Below, in pieces: positions 52,838-61,693 of a stretch of 64,000 bases of DNA. Numbering within the stretch: the stretch's first letter is position 1; every line of letters starts with the position of its first letter. Location: contig OZ241357.1 of assembly GCA_965200265.1 (NCBI GenBank), forward strand, positions 2,519,816 through 2,583,815, read 5' to 3'. The notes beneath the pieces were generated by a model. That model was not told the DNA's origin. It worked only from the letters and a program-made list of their open reading frames with translations, and did no database searches. The position numbers were made by a program, and so were the translations under genes. The stretch comes from Alphaproteobacteria bacterium. GTDB taxonomy: Bacteria; Pseudomonadota; Alphaproteobacteria; UBA2966.

Positions 52838-53683
52838 ATGAGCGGAAACGGCGATCGCTTTCTGGAGGGGCGCGCGGCGATGGTCACGGGCGGCGCCTCG
52901 GGAATGGGCCGGGCCATGGCGCTCGCCTTCGCGGGAGCCGGCGCCGACGTCGCCATCGGCTCGCTGCTGTCGGATCGCTCCGGGACCGTGGCCGAGGGGG
53001 AGATCGCCCATCTCCCGGGACGAGGCGAGCTCGACGCCGCGGCCAAGGAGATCGAGTCCTGCGGCGCGCGGGCGCTGGCGATGGGACTCGACGTGACGTC
53101 GATGGAGTCCGTCGAGGCGTTCTTCGACGCGACCGTCGAGGCCTTCGGCAAGGTCGACGTCCTGGCCAACGCCGCCGGCATCACGGCCGAGCAGACCATC
53201 GTCGGCCACGCCGACGCCCTGTGGGAGAAGGTGCTCGACGTCAACCTCAACGGCGCCTACCGCGCCATCAAGCTCTCCCTGCCCGGAATGATCGAGCGGG
53301 GGTGGGGCCGCATCGTCAACATCGCCTCGACGGCGGCCTCCGTCGGCGCGCCCACGTCGGGGGCCTACTGCGCCTCCAAGGCCGGTGTCGTGGGCCTGAG
53401 CCGCTGCGTCGCCCTCGAAGGCGCGGCCCACGGCGTGACCTGCAACACCATCAGCCCCACCTGGGTCGAGACCGGCTTCGGCAAGGACTGGATGAGCGAC
53501 ATCGCCGAAACCCAGGAGGACCGCCCGGGTGAGGCGTACATCGCCGACGTCAAGGCCACCAACCCGCAGGGGCGCCTCGTCCAGCCCTCGGAGGTCGGTG
53601 CGCTCGCGCTCTATCTCTGCCGCGAGGAAGCCGCCGGCGTCACCATGCAGGACCTGACGATCTCGGCCGGGTCTCTGTGGTGA
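52838..53683 (+). CDS. SDR-family oxidoreductase (3-oxoacyl-ACP-reductase-like)
   Basis: TGGASGMGRAMA, NAAG, S..YxxxK (YCASKAGV); RBS GAGGAG upstream. Confidence 0.8.
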   Translation: MSGNGDRFLEGRAAMVTGGASGMGRAMALAFAGAGADVAIGSLLSDRSGTVAEGEIAHLPGRGELDAAAKEIESCGARALAMGLDVTSMESVEAFFDATVEAFGKVDVLANAAGITAEQTIVGHADALWEKVLDVNLNGAYRAIKLSLPGMIERGWGRIVNIASTAASVGAPTSGAYCASKAGVVGLSRCVALEGAAHGVTCNTISPTWVETGFGKDWMSDIAETQEDRPGEAYIADVKATNPQGRLVQPSEVGALALYLCREEAAGVTMQDLTISAGSLW

Positions 53684-54002
53684 CCCTTCGGGTCATCTTC
53701 GGCGCCAAGGAGGATTTCTTCATCAAGGCTGTCATGGCCTACACCAAATTTGGCCTTGAATAGCAAAGCCAATTCGTGTCTACTTGTGACGCATTCGGAT
53801 TCACATGAGGGTCGAGAACACGCATAGGGGGTAATTCGTGCTTCCGGTTGCCCAAGGCTACACACCTAACCGTGGTTTCCTTGCCGATTTCCCTGATGTA
53901 GGCTTTTTCTCGATGTCCCCACGTTCGATGAGAAGAAACGAGCCGTTGATCCCTCTCTTGCTCAACGCTACACTACACTGACCCGTACCGAAGGAACCAC
54001 CC

Positions 54003-54431
54003 ATGAACCCGAGAAAAATCTTTATCGCATGCGTCACCACAGCCATATTGACCGGCTGTGCATCACTAGATAAACTAAATTTGTCACTCGGTCCATTTCC
54101 GACTGATTACAAAACAACCATCAAGAAAGAGGTCTTGCGTGGCTTCTTTGATCCTTATTCGATTCGAGATGCTTCGATATCTGCGCCTATACGGTCCCGC
54201 ATAGTCGAACCTAAAGGGTGGCTTGTTTGCCTTGAGGTAAACGCCAAGAACAGGATGGGTGGTTACACTGGACTATCCCGCACCGCCTACTATATCCGGC
54301 TTGGCGGGCAGGTAATCGGAATCGAGGACGGTGATTCCGGAAACTGGACTTGCTCCGGTCAAACAATCAGTGGGATGAGGACGTTGACTTATTCGTTGTG
54401 GCCAGAGCTTGAACAGCTTCAACATCAATAG
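54003..54431 (+). CDS. Lipoprotein, function unknown (low-GC islet)
   Basis: Signal peptide + lipobox (ILTGCAS); lies in a distinctly AT-richer segment. Confidence 0.55.
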   Translation: MNPRKIFIACVTTAILTGCASLDKLNLSLGPFPTDYKTTIKKEVLRGFFDPYSIRDASISAPIRSRIVEPKGWLVCLEVNAKNRMGGYTGLSRTAYYIRLGGQVIGIEDGDSGNWTCSGQTISGMRTLTYSLWPELEQLQHQ

Positions 54432-54457
54432 CATCCACTCCCGGTCCCTTCTACCGC

Positions 54458-54730
54458 TCATACGTGGAATTTGTAACGAATTGTCAGAGATGCTCCTCTT
54501 TTCCCTTTCGGTTGGTGAATGATGTCATCTCTATCCTCTTTGTACTCCTGCCACATGACATTCGCACATGAGGGCATGTTCGCAGCGCGCTCTCCACGTT
54601 TGGGTGGGTAACCACCAAGTTTCCGGTAAAGCTCACCAGCATTTATCTCAGCATGTGGGCGACCCTGCTGTTGGGCGCGTTTGATCTGTGCTCGAAGTTC
54701 TTCTCGAAACTCGTCTGTGGTTGGCGGCAT
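54458..54730 (-). CDS. Hypothetical small basic protein (low-GC islet)
   Basis: 90 aa, Lys/Arg-rich, non-repetitive composition (...EINAGELYRKLGGYPPKRGERAANMPSCANVMWQEY...); no family assigned. Confidence 0.4.
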   Translation of the reverse strand: MPPTTDEFREELRAQIKRAQQQGRPHAEINAGELYRKLGGYPPKRGERAANMPSCANVMWQEYKEDRDDIIHQPKGKRGASLTIRYKFHV

Positions 54731-55043
54731 CAGGAATTCACCTTACAAGACCTGGGGATACGATGTCGGCAGTTGGTTTCAGTGCGGCTTCCGTACCGAT
54801 CCGGTGTTCAGGCCCCTCGTTCGACTCTTGGTCCAGTAACCTTGAAGCACCTTGTGCCGAATGCTCCCTGTCATGGTTGCAGAGTGGCGGGCCGCGGCGC
54901 ATTTGTCAAACACTGCCTTACAGATGCCGGGAACATCGCCGCGCGCCGGACCTCCGGTCTCGCGAGGACCCCGCCGCTGATGACCAGCCCGGTGTCTTCC
55001 GCGGCCGAACACCCCTATCGTATGAAATCAGCTCTTCCTTCTG

Positions 55044-55442
55044 TTGTCAGATGCTGATAACCTTGTGGCGGTAACCACACCCGACCGCGATCCCGGGCTG
55101 GACACCCTGCTGGACCTTCACGGCCAGACCCTGTTCGTGGATGAGGTCGGACATTGGGTGAAGTTTGTCGTGCTGCGAACCGATGTGACTCCGGAACGTC
55201 CGCACGGACTCAGCTATTCGCTGACACTGCACGCACCGGACGGCACCAGGTTGGTCGGGTTCGACAACGCGCACCCGGTGAGGGAGCGGCGAGGTCCGGG
55301 AATGCGGAAACGCATGAAGAGCGACCACAAGCACCGGATTCGGACAGTCCGGCCCTATGATTACGAAGACGCCGCCACGCTTCTTGAGGATTTCTGGACC
55401 GAGGTAGATCGGATTCTGAAGGAAGGAGAGTCGATTCCATGA
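55044..55442 (+). CDS. TumE-like toxin-family protein (DUF6516-like)
   Basis: FDNAHP...H.H pattern (GFDNAHPVRERRGPGMRKRMKSDHKHRIR) and 4-nt overlap with a downstream HTH gene, as in TumE/TumA-type pairs. Confidence 0.55.
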   Translation: MSDADNLVAVTTPDRDPGLDTLLDLHGQTLFVDEVGHWVKFVVLRTDVTPERPHGLSYSLTLHAPDGTRLVGFDNAHPVRERRGPGMRKRMKSDHKHRIRTVRPYDYEDAATLLEDFWTEVDRILKEGESIP

Positions 55443-55819
55443 GGACGTTGAAGATCGGTATTGCCGACTATGATCGGATGAAGGCGCGCACCATGGAGAT
55501 CGCGCACGGCGAACGCAAGCCGGCCAAGGGCGAGCCGATGGTATGGTTCACGTCGGTCGAGAGCTTCGCGAAGGTGCTCTCCCGGCGCAATCAGGAACTT
55601 CTGGCGTTGATCGCCCGCGAGAAGCCGCGGTCGCTCACCGAGCTGGCGGAACTCGCGGGGCGGAACAAGTCGAACCTGTCGCGCACCCTGAAGACGATGT
55701 CGCGGTATGGCCTCGTGGAATTGACGGAAGGACGACGTGGCATGTTGGTCCCGCGGGTCCGGTACGACCGGGTGAGGCTGGACGTTTCGTTGACGCCGCT
55801 CCCGCACCAAGTCGCGTGA
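55439..55819 (+). CDS. HTH DNA-binding protein (HVO_A0114/MarR-like), putative antitoxin partner
   Basis: Winged-helix segment ELLALIAREKPRSLTELAELAGRNKSNLSRTLKTMSRYGLVEL; ATGA overlap with the preceding gene. Confidence 0.55.
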   Translation: MRTLKIGIADYDRMKARTMEIAHGERKPAKGEPMVWFTSVESFAKVLSRRNQELLALIAREKPRSLTELAELAGRNKSNLSRTLKTMSRYGLVELTEGRRGMLVPRVRYDRVRLDVSLTPLPHQVA

Positions 55820-55891
55820 AGCGGCCGGAATCGACGGGCGCGGACGGTCCGGAGAGACCGCCATGCCCCGGCGACCCGTATGTGAACGCCC

Positions 55892-56755
55892 CTACCGCTC
55901 GCTCTCCAGCGAAGCGATGCGCAACAGGCCCTCCCGGGCGAGCGCGACCGTGTCCGGGTCGGCGGGATCCGAGGAATGCATCATGTAGGCCGGCCGCTTG
56001 AAGGTCGGGGCGCCGGTCACGCGGTATAGCCGCCTCTCCGCCAGATAGGGCCGCACGACCCGCAGGGGGAAGTACCCCGCCCCGCCGTTGTCGAGGATGT
56101 ATTGCAACCCGATGGCGCCGAGACCGACGGAGACCGCCGAAACCTCGATCTCGGGGAACGCCTTGACGAGTTCCGCGCGGTAGTCGGCGCCCCAGTCCAC
56201 GTAGATGTAGTCATCCATCCAACCGGAACGGATCTTGCGCTTGCGGGTCGACACCATCACGAGCCGCTCCTCCAGGAGGGTCTCGACGACGAACCCCGAC
56301 ATCGTGCGCGGATAATAGAGGACGACGAGGTCGAGCAGACCGTCGGACAGCTGCCGCATCAGGCTGGGCGAATAATCCGTCTCCACGTGAAGCGCGACGT
56401 CCGGCGCCTGGGCCCGCATCCACGGCAGCCATCGCGCCACCAGCCGTTCCCACAGGCTCACCTGGGTGCCGAGGCCGAACAGAGCCCGGTAACCCTCGGG
56501 CAGAGCGACCTGTTGCCGGCCCCGCTCCCAGCCCTGGACCACGGACGCGGCGTATCGTTCGAAGCGCCGGCCGGCGCCGGTCAACTCGACCCCTGACCGG
56601 CCGCGCCGGAACAGCTGGCGATCGAGTCGGTCCTCCAGCCCCCTGATCCGCGCGCTGACCGTCGACTGGCTGACGTTCAGATTGTCGGCAGCCTGGTTGA
56701 AGTTTCCCGTCGCGGCGATTTCGAGAAAGGTCCGCAACTGCTCGATGTTCGCCAT
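55892..56755 (-). CDS. LysR-family transcriptional regulator
   Basis: N-terminal HTH IEQLRTFLEIAATGNFNQAADNLNVSQSTVSARIRGLE, C-terminal substrate-binding domain; divergent from the GBBH-like gene. Confidence 0.85.
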   Translation of the reverse strand: MANIEQLRTFLEIAATGNFNQAADNLNVSQSTVSARIRGLEDRLDRQLFRRGRSGVELTGAGRRFERYAASVVQGWERGRQQVALPEGYRALFGLGTQVSLWERLVARWLPWMRAQAPDVALHVETDYSPSLMRQLSDGLLDLVVLYYPRTMSGFVVETLLEERLVMVSTRKRKIRSGWMDDYIYVDWGADYRAELVKAFPEIEVSAVSVGLGAIGLQYILDNGGAGYFPLRVVRPYLAERRLYRVTGAPTFKRPAYMMHSSDPADPDTVALAREGLLRIASLESER

Positions 56756-56903
56756 GGCGCCGGATCCGATGACGGATCGAAAGTTTCGATTGGTTCAATT
56801 TATTAAATTCGCTTTTCAAATCAACCGGAAAGTCGAACATTCCGCGCCGGGACAGGTCGAAAGCCGACGAAGACTTGATACGGATGCAACGCGAGGTCGT
56901 GAC

Positions 56904-58169
56904 ATGCGGTCGCCGGTAGTATTGGCCGAGCGAATACTTGGCGGAGCGGTGCGTATCCCCCGCGGCGGTCCCGCTCGGGCGCACTCCGTTCCGCCGCCGG
57001 CCGCGCCCGCCGGCCTTTCCCCTGGACCGTCCGCGAAGGAGGTCGGATCGGTCCGCGTCGTCGGTCGATCCCTCGAAGTGACCTGGAACGACGGGCGGTC
57101 CTACGCCTTCCCCCTGATCTGGTTGCGGGACAACTGCGGTTGTCCGCGCTGCCTGCACCCGGATACGCGAGAGCGGACGTTCGATCTCCTGACCGTTCCG
57201 GAGACGCCGCGTGTGGCCAGCGCCGGACTCACAGGCCGGGGCGCGGTAATGGTGTTGTGGGGCGACGACGGCCACACCAGCAAGTACGAGCAGGACTGGT
57301 TGCGCCGGTACGCCTTCGAACCGTCCGGCGACGAGCCCGCTCGGCCCGACGTCGTGCTCTGGGACGCCAGCCTGTCCGGCCGCGTGCCCCGGTTCGACTA
57401 CGGCGACGTCATGGAAAGCGGGCAAGGCCTCGAGGCCTGGCTCTCCGCACTGCTGGAACACGGCATCGCGGTCATCGCCGACACGCCGCGTCGCGACCGG
57501 GAGGTCGTCCGGGTGGCCGAGCGAGTCGCCTACGCGCGACGCTCCAACTTCGGAGAACATTTCGAGGTCCGGGCCGAACCCAACCCGGTCAACAACGCCT
57601 ACACGGCGCTCAAGCTCCCCAACCACACGGATCTCTGCAATTGGGAGCGTTCTCCGGGTTACCAATTCCTCCATTGTCTGGAGAACACCGCGACCGGCGG
57701 AGACTCCACCCTGGTCGACGGATTCCGCGTCGCCGAGGCACTGCGTCACGCGGATGCCGAGGCCTTTCGCGTGCTGTCGACCACGCCGGTGCTGTTCCGT
57801 TTCCACGACACCGAATGCGACCTGCGGTTCCACGCCCCGATCATCGGACTGGACGACTCCGGGCGCTTCGAACGGATCCGCTTCAACTTCGGGCTCTTCG
57901 GCGTTCAGGTTCTGCCGCCCGACGAGACCATGGCGCTCTACGCGGCCTACCGCAAATTCGCCCGGCTCGTTCGCGACGACCGCTACCAGATCCGCTTCAG
58001 GCTCCGGCCGGGGGATCTGCTCACCTTCGACAACTGGCGGGTGCTGCACGGACGTCTGGCGTACCAGCCGTCGACCGGCAAACGGCACCTGCAGGGATGC
58101 TACGTGGACCGGGACGAGGTGTTGAGCCGCCTGCGCATGTCCGCCTCGGCCGTCACCAACGCCGCCTGA
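56904..58169 (+). CDS. Gamma-butyrobetaine-hydroxylase-like Fe(II)/2-oxoglutarate dioxygenase (TauD/TfdA fold with N-terminal DUF971 zinc domain)
   Basis: DUF971 zinc motif WLRDNCGCPRCLHP; HxD...H facial triad (HTDLCN ... RVLHGR); start is low confidence. Confidence 0.75.
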   Translation: MRSPVVLAERILGGAVRIPRGGPARAHSVPPPAAPAGLSPGPSAKEVGSVRVVGRSLEVTWNDGRSYAFPLIWLRDNCGCPRCLHPDTRERTFDLLTVPETPRVASAGLTGRGAVMVLWGDDGHTSKYEQDWLRRYAFEPSGDEPARPDVVLWDASLSGRVPRFDYGDVMESGQGLEAWLSALLEHGIAVIADTPRRDREVVRVAERVAYARRSNFGEHFEVRAEPNPVNNAYTALKLPNHTDLCNWERSPGYQFLHCLENTATGGDSTLVDGFRVAEALRHADAEAFRVLSTTPVLFRFHDTECDLRFHAPIIGLDDSGRFERIRFNFGLFGVQVLPPDETMALYAAYRKFARLVRDDRYQIRFRLRPGDLLTFDNWRVLHGRLAYQPSTGKRHLQGCYVDRDEVLSRLRMSASAVTNAA

Positions 58170-59849
58170 CTACCGGTCCGCGGACCCCATGACCTTTTCG
58201 CCACGCGCCTGGCGCTGTTCGCGCTCGGCCAGCGTTCGGTCGAGCCAGCCGATCTCCATTTCCGGGACGGAGGACAGCAGCAGGTCCGTATATTCGTGAT
58301 GCGGTGGGGTCAGCATGTCGTTCCTGGCGCCCTGTTCGACGATACGCCCCTGCAACATGACCACGACCTCGTCCGAGATCGCCCGCACCGTGGCGAGGTC
58401 GTGGGTGATGAACATGTAGGACAGGTGAAGTTCGTCCTGGAGGCGCTGGAGGAGCTTGAGGATCTCCTCGGCCACCAACTGGTCCAGCGCCGAGGTCACC
58501 TCGTCGCAGATGATCAGGTCGGGCTGGGCGGCGAGCGCGCGGGCGATGCAGACGCGCTGCTTCTGGCCGCCGGACAGTTCGGTCGGATAGCGGTCGATGA
58601 AGTCGTCCGGGTCGAGTTCGATCATCTCCAGCAACTCGCGCACCCGGTCCTCGCGCGCCCCCCCCGTCAGCCCGAGATAGAACGCGAGCGGCCGCCCGAT
58701 GATGTCGCGCAGGCGCTGGCGCGGGTTCAGGGCCGTATCGGGCATCTGATAGATCATCTGGAGACGGCGCAGCATCTCGCGGTTTCGCCCCGACAGCGCC
58801 GGCGTCAGCGCCTCGCCGTCGAAGAGGATCCGGCCTTCCTCCGGCGGCAGCAGGCCGGTGATGACGCGCGCCAACGTGCTCTTGCCGCTGCCCGATTCAC
58901 CCACGACGGCGACCGTGCGCTGGCGACCGATCTCGAGATCGATGTCCTCCAGCACCCGAGCCGACCGGCCGTAGCGCGCGGAGACACCCTCGATGCGCAG
59001 CAGCGGCTCCTCCGGCGGCGGGCCCGCGTCGGGCTTGCGGTAGGTGCGCACCGCGAGGAGCTCCCGGGTGTACTTCTCCCTGGGGCCGTTGATGATCTGG
59101 TCGGCCGTTCCTTCCTCCACGAGGTCGCCGTGGCGCAGCACCATGATGCGATCCGCCATCTGCGCCACGACCGCGAGATCATGGGTGATGTAGATAGCGG
59201 CGGTATCGAACTGCCTCACCACGTCCTTGACCGCGGCCAGAACCTCGATCTGGGTCGTCACGTCGAGGGCCGTGGTCGGCTCGTCGAAGACGATGAGGTC
59301 GGGCCGGCACGACATGGCCATGGCGGTCATGGCGCGCTGGAGTTGACCGCCCGAGACCTGATGAGGATAGCGGTAGCCGATCTGCTCGGGATACGGAAGC
59401 TGAAGCCGGCGATAGAGATCCTTGGCGTCGGCCTCGGCCTCGGCGCGGGATCTCACGCCGTGATGGACCGGCGCCTCGGCGAACTGATCGATCAGCCGGT
59501 GCGCCGGGTTGAAGGCCGCCGCCGCGCTCTGCGCGACGTAGGCGATCCGCACGCCCCGCAGGCCGCGCTTCCGCTCCTCCGGCGCACCGCGCAGCTCCAT
59601 CCCGTCGAACACGATGTCGCCGCCCGACAGGCGGCAACCGGGACGTGCGTATCCCATCGCCGCGAGGCCGATGGTCGACTTGCCGGCGCCCGATTCGCCG
59701 ATCAATCCGAGCACTTCCCCCCGGTGAAGCACGACGTCCACGCCGCGGACGATCTCGCTCCATTGCTCGCCCGCCTGTCCCTCGATGCGGAGCCCCGTCA
59801 TCTTCAACAGGGGTTCGCGGGCGTCGGCGGTGGAGTCGCCGCTACTCAT
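58170..59849 (-). CDS. ABC transporter ATP-binding protein, fused tandem ATPase (DppD/DppF-like)
   Basis: Two Walker A (GESGAGKST, GESGSGKST), two signatures (LSGGQLQRA, LSGGQKQRV), two Walker B. Confidence 0.85.
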   Translation of the reverse strand: MSSGDSTADAREPLLKMTGLRIEGQAGEQWSEIVRGVDVVLHRGEVLGLIGESGAGKSTIGLAAMGYARPGCRLSGGDIVFDGMELRGAPEERKRGLRGVRIAYVAQSAAAAFNPAHRLIDQFAEAPVHHGVRSRAEAEADAKDLYRRLQLPYPEQIGYRYPHQVSGGQLQRAMTAMAMSCRPDLIVFDEPTTALDVTTQIEVLAAVKDVVRQFDTAAIYITHDLAVVAQMADRIMVLRHGDLVEEGTADQIINGPREKYTRELLAVRTYRKPDAGPPPEEPLLRIEGVSARYGRSARVLEDIDLEIGRQRTVAVVGESGSGKSTLARVITGLLPPEEGRILFDGEALTPALSGRNREMLRRLQMIYQMPDTALNPRQRLRDIIGRPLAFYLGLTGGAREDRVRELLEMIELDPDDFIDRYPTELSGGQKQRVCIARALAAQPDLIICDEVTSALDQLVAEEILKLLQRLQDELHLSYMFITHDLATVRAISDEVVVMLQGRIVEQGARNDMLTPPHHEYTDLLLSSVPEMEIGWLDRTLAEREQRQARGEKVMGSADR

Positions 59850-60672
59850 CCTTCAACCCGGCCGTTTGATGGAGGAACCAGTCGACGATGAAGTTCACGC
59901 CGACCGTCAGCAAGGCGATGGAGGCCGCCGGCAGGATCGGCGTGAAGTCGCCGAACGTGATCAGGGTCGCGTTGTCGCGCACCATGCTGCCCCAATCCGC
60001 CGTCGGCGGCTGGATGCCCAGGCCGAGGAAGCTCAAGGCGCTCAACAGCAGGAACACGAAGCAGAAGCGCAGGCCGAACTCGGCGACCAGGGGCGGCAGG
60101 GCGTTGGGCAGCACCTCGCGGCGCATGATCCACCACAGGCCCTCGCCCCGCAGGCGTGCGACCTCGACGTAGTCCATGACGACGATGTTCATCGCGACCG
60201 CGCGCGCGAGCCGGAACACGCGCGTGGAGTCGAGCACGGCGATGACGACGACCAGCACCGGGATGGCGGTGCCGACGATGGTCAGGATGAGCAGCGCGAA
60301 GATGAGCTGGGGAATCGCCATCAGGATGTCGACGATGCGGCCGATCATCTGATCGGTCCAGCCGCCGAGAGTCGCGGCCAGGAATCCGGCGACGCAGCCG
60401 ATGAGGAAGGCCAGAACCGTCGTGGCCAAGGCGATGCCGATGGTGTTCCGGGCTCCGTAGATGAGGCGCGTCAGCATGTCGCGGCCGAGATTGTCCGTGC
60501 CGAGCAGGAATTCCGGGCTCCAGGGCTCGTACTCCGTGGCGACGATCTCGGACTCGCCGTAGGGCGTCAGCACCGGCGCGAAGATCGCCACGAACACGTA
60601 GAAGAGGACCACGAACATCCCGAAACGGGCGCTCCAGGGCGAATTTCCGAGAAGGCGGAGGGCGTCCCGCAC
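59842..60672 (-). CDS. ABC transporter permease (DppC/OppC-like)
   Basis: BPD-transport inner-membrane domain with EAA-like loop; stop/start overlap with the ATPase gene. Confidence 0.85.
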   Translation of the reverse strand: MRDALRLLGNSPWSARFGMFVVLFYVFVAIFAPVLTPYGESEIVATEYEPWSPEFLLGTDNLGRDMLTRLIYGARNTIGIALATTVLAFLIGCVAGFLAATLGGWTDQMIGRIVDILMAIPQLIFALLILTIVGTAIPVLVVVIAVLDSTRVFRLARAVAMNIVVMDYVEVARLRGEGLWWIMRREVLPNALPPLVAEFGLRFCFVFLLLSALSFLGLGIQPPTADWGSMVRDNATLITFGDFTPILPAASIALLTVGVNFIVDWFLHQTAGLKDE

Positions 60673-60685
60673 GGCGTCGGCGCTC

Positions 60686-61642
60686 CTATCTCGGATGCAG
60701 CAGCCGCGGGTTGGTCAGGATCGACAACACGTCGGCGGTCAGGTTCAGGAGGATGTAGGCGGTGGCGAAGAGCAATCCCGTGGCCTGCACCACCGGGATG
60801 TCGCGCGTGCGCACCGCGTCGATGAGGAGCTGTCCCAGTCCCGGATAGACGAACACCACCTCGACGATGACCACGCCCACCACGAGGTAGGCGAGATTGA
60901 TCACCACGACGTTGATGATCGGCGCCAAGGCGTTCGGCAGGGCGTGCCTCACGATGACGCGGGCGCGCGGCAGGCCCTTGAGGTTGGCCATCTCGATATA
61001 GGGGCTGGCCATTAGGTTGATGATCGCCGCGCGCGTCATGCGCATCATGTGTGCGACGACCACCAGGGTCAGGGTCAGCGCCGGCAGGATGGAGCGGTAG
61101 ACCCGTTCCCAGAATCCGAGCTCCTCGCCGATGTTGGAGATGCTGGGAAACCAGCCGAGCTGCACGGCCAGGACCAGGATCAGGATGTAGGCGACGAAGA
61201 ACTCGGGGAAGGAGATCGATGACAGCGTGACGATGTTGACCGTGCGATCGTACAGCGTGTTGCGGTAGAGTGCCGCCAGTATCCCCAGCCCGAGCGCCAG
61301 CGGAACCGAGACCGCCGCCGAGATGAAGGCGAGGAACAAGGTGTTCCCCAGCCGCACGCCCATGAGTTCGGTGATCGCCCGCTTGTTGGCCAGGGAATGA
61401 CCCAGGTCTCCCTGAAGGATGCCGGCGAGCCAGGCGACGTAACGCTCGTGCGGCGGCAGGTCGAGCTTGAGTTCCCTTCGGAACGCCGCGACCGTCTCCT
61501 CGGTCGCCGCCTGGCCAAGGATCGCCTGGGTCAGGTCCCCCGGCAGCAGCTCGACGCCGAGAAAGATGATCAGCGAGACGACGAAGAGGGTGAGGAGGCC
61601 CAGCGCCAGGCGCTGGGCCACCATCGTCAGGATTTGGGTCAC
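60686..61642 (-). CDS. ABC transporter permease (DppB/OppB-like)
   Basis: 318 aa, six TM, conserved EAA loop region (MRMTRAAIINLMASPYIEMA). Confidence 0.85.
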   Translation of the reverse strand: MTQILTMVAQRLALGLLTLFVVSLIIFLGVELLPGDLTQAILGQAATEETVAAFRRELKLDLPPHERYVAWLAGILQGDLGHSLANKRAITELMGVRLGNTLFLAFISAAVSVPLALGLGILAALYRNTLYDRTVNIVTLSSISFPEFFVAYILILVLAVQLGWFPSISNIGEELGFWERVYRSILPALTLTLVVVAHMMRMTRAAIINLMASPYIEMANLKGLPRARVIVRHALPNALAPIINVVVINLAYLVVGVVIVEVVFVYPGLGQLLIDAVRTRDIPVVQATGLLFATAYILLNLTADVLSILTNPRLLHPR

Positions 61643-61693
61643 GCCGCTACGTAACCGCCGGTCCGGCGCGACCCGCGCCGGGCGGGAACGCCC

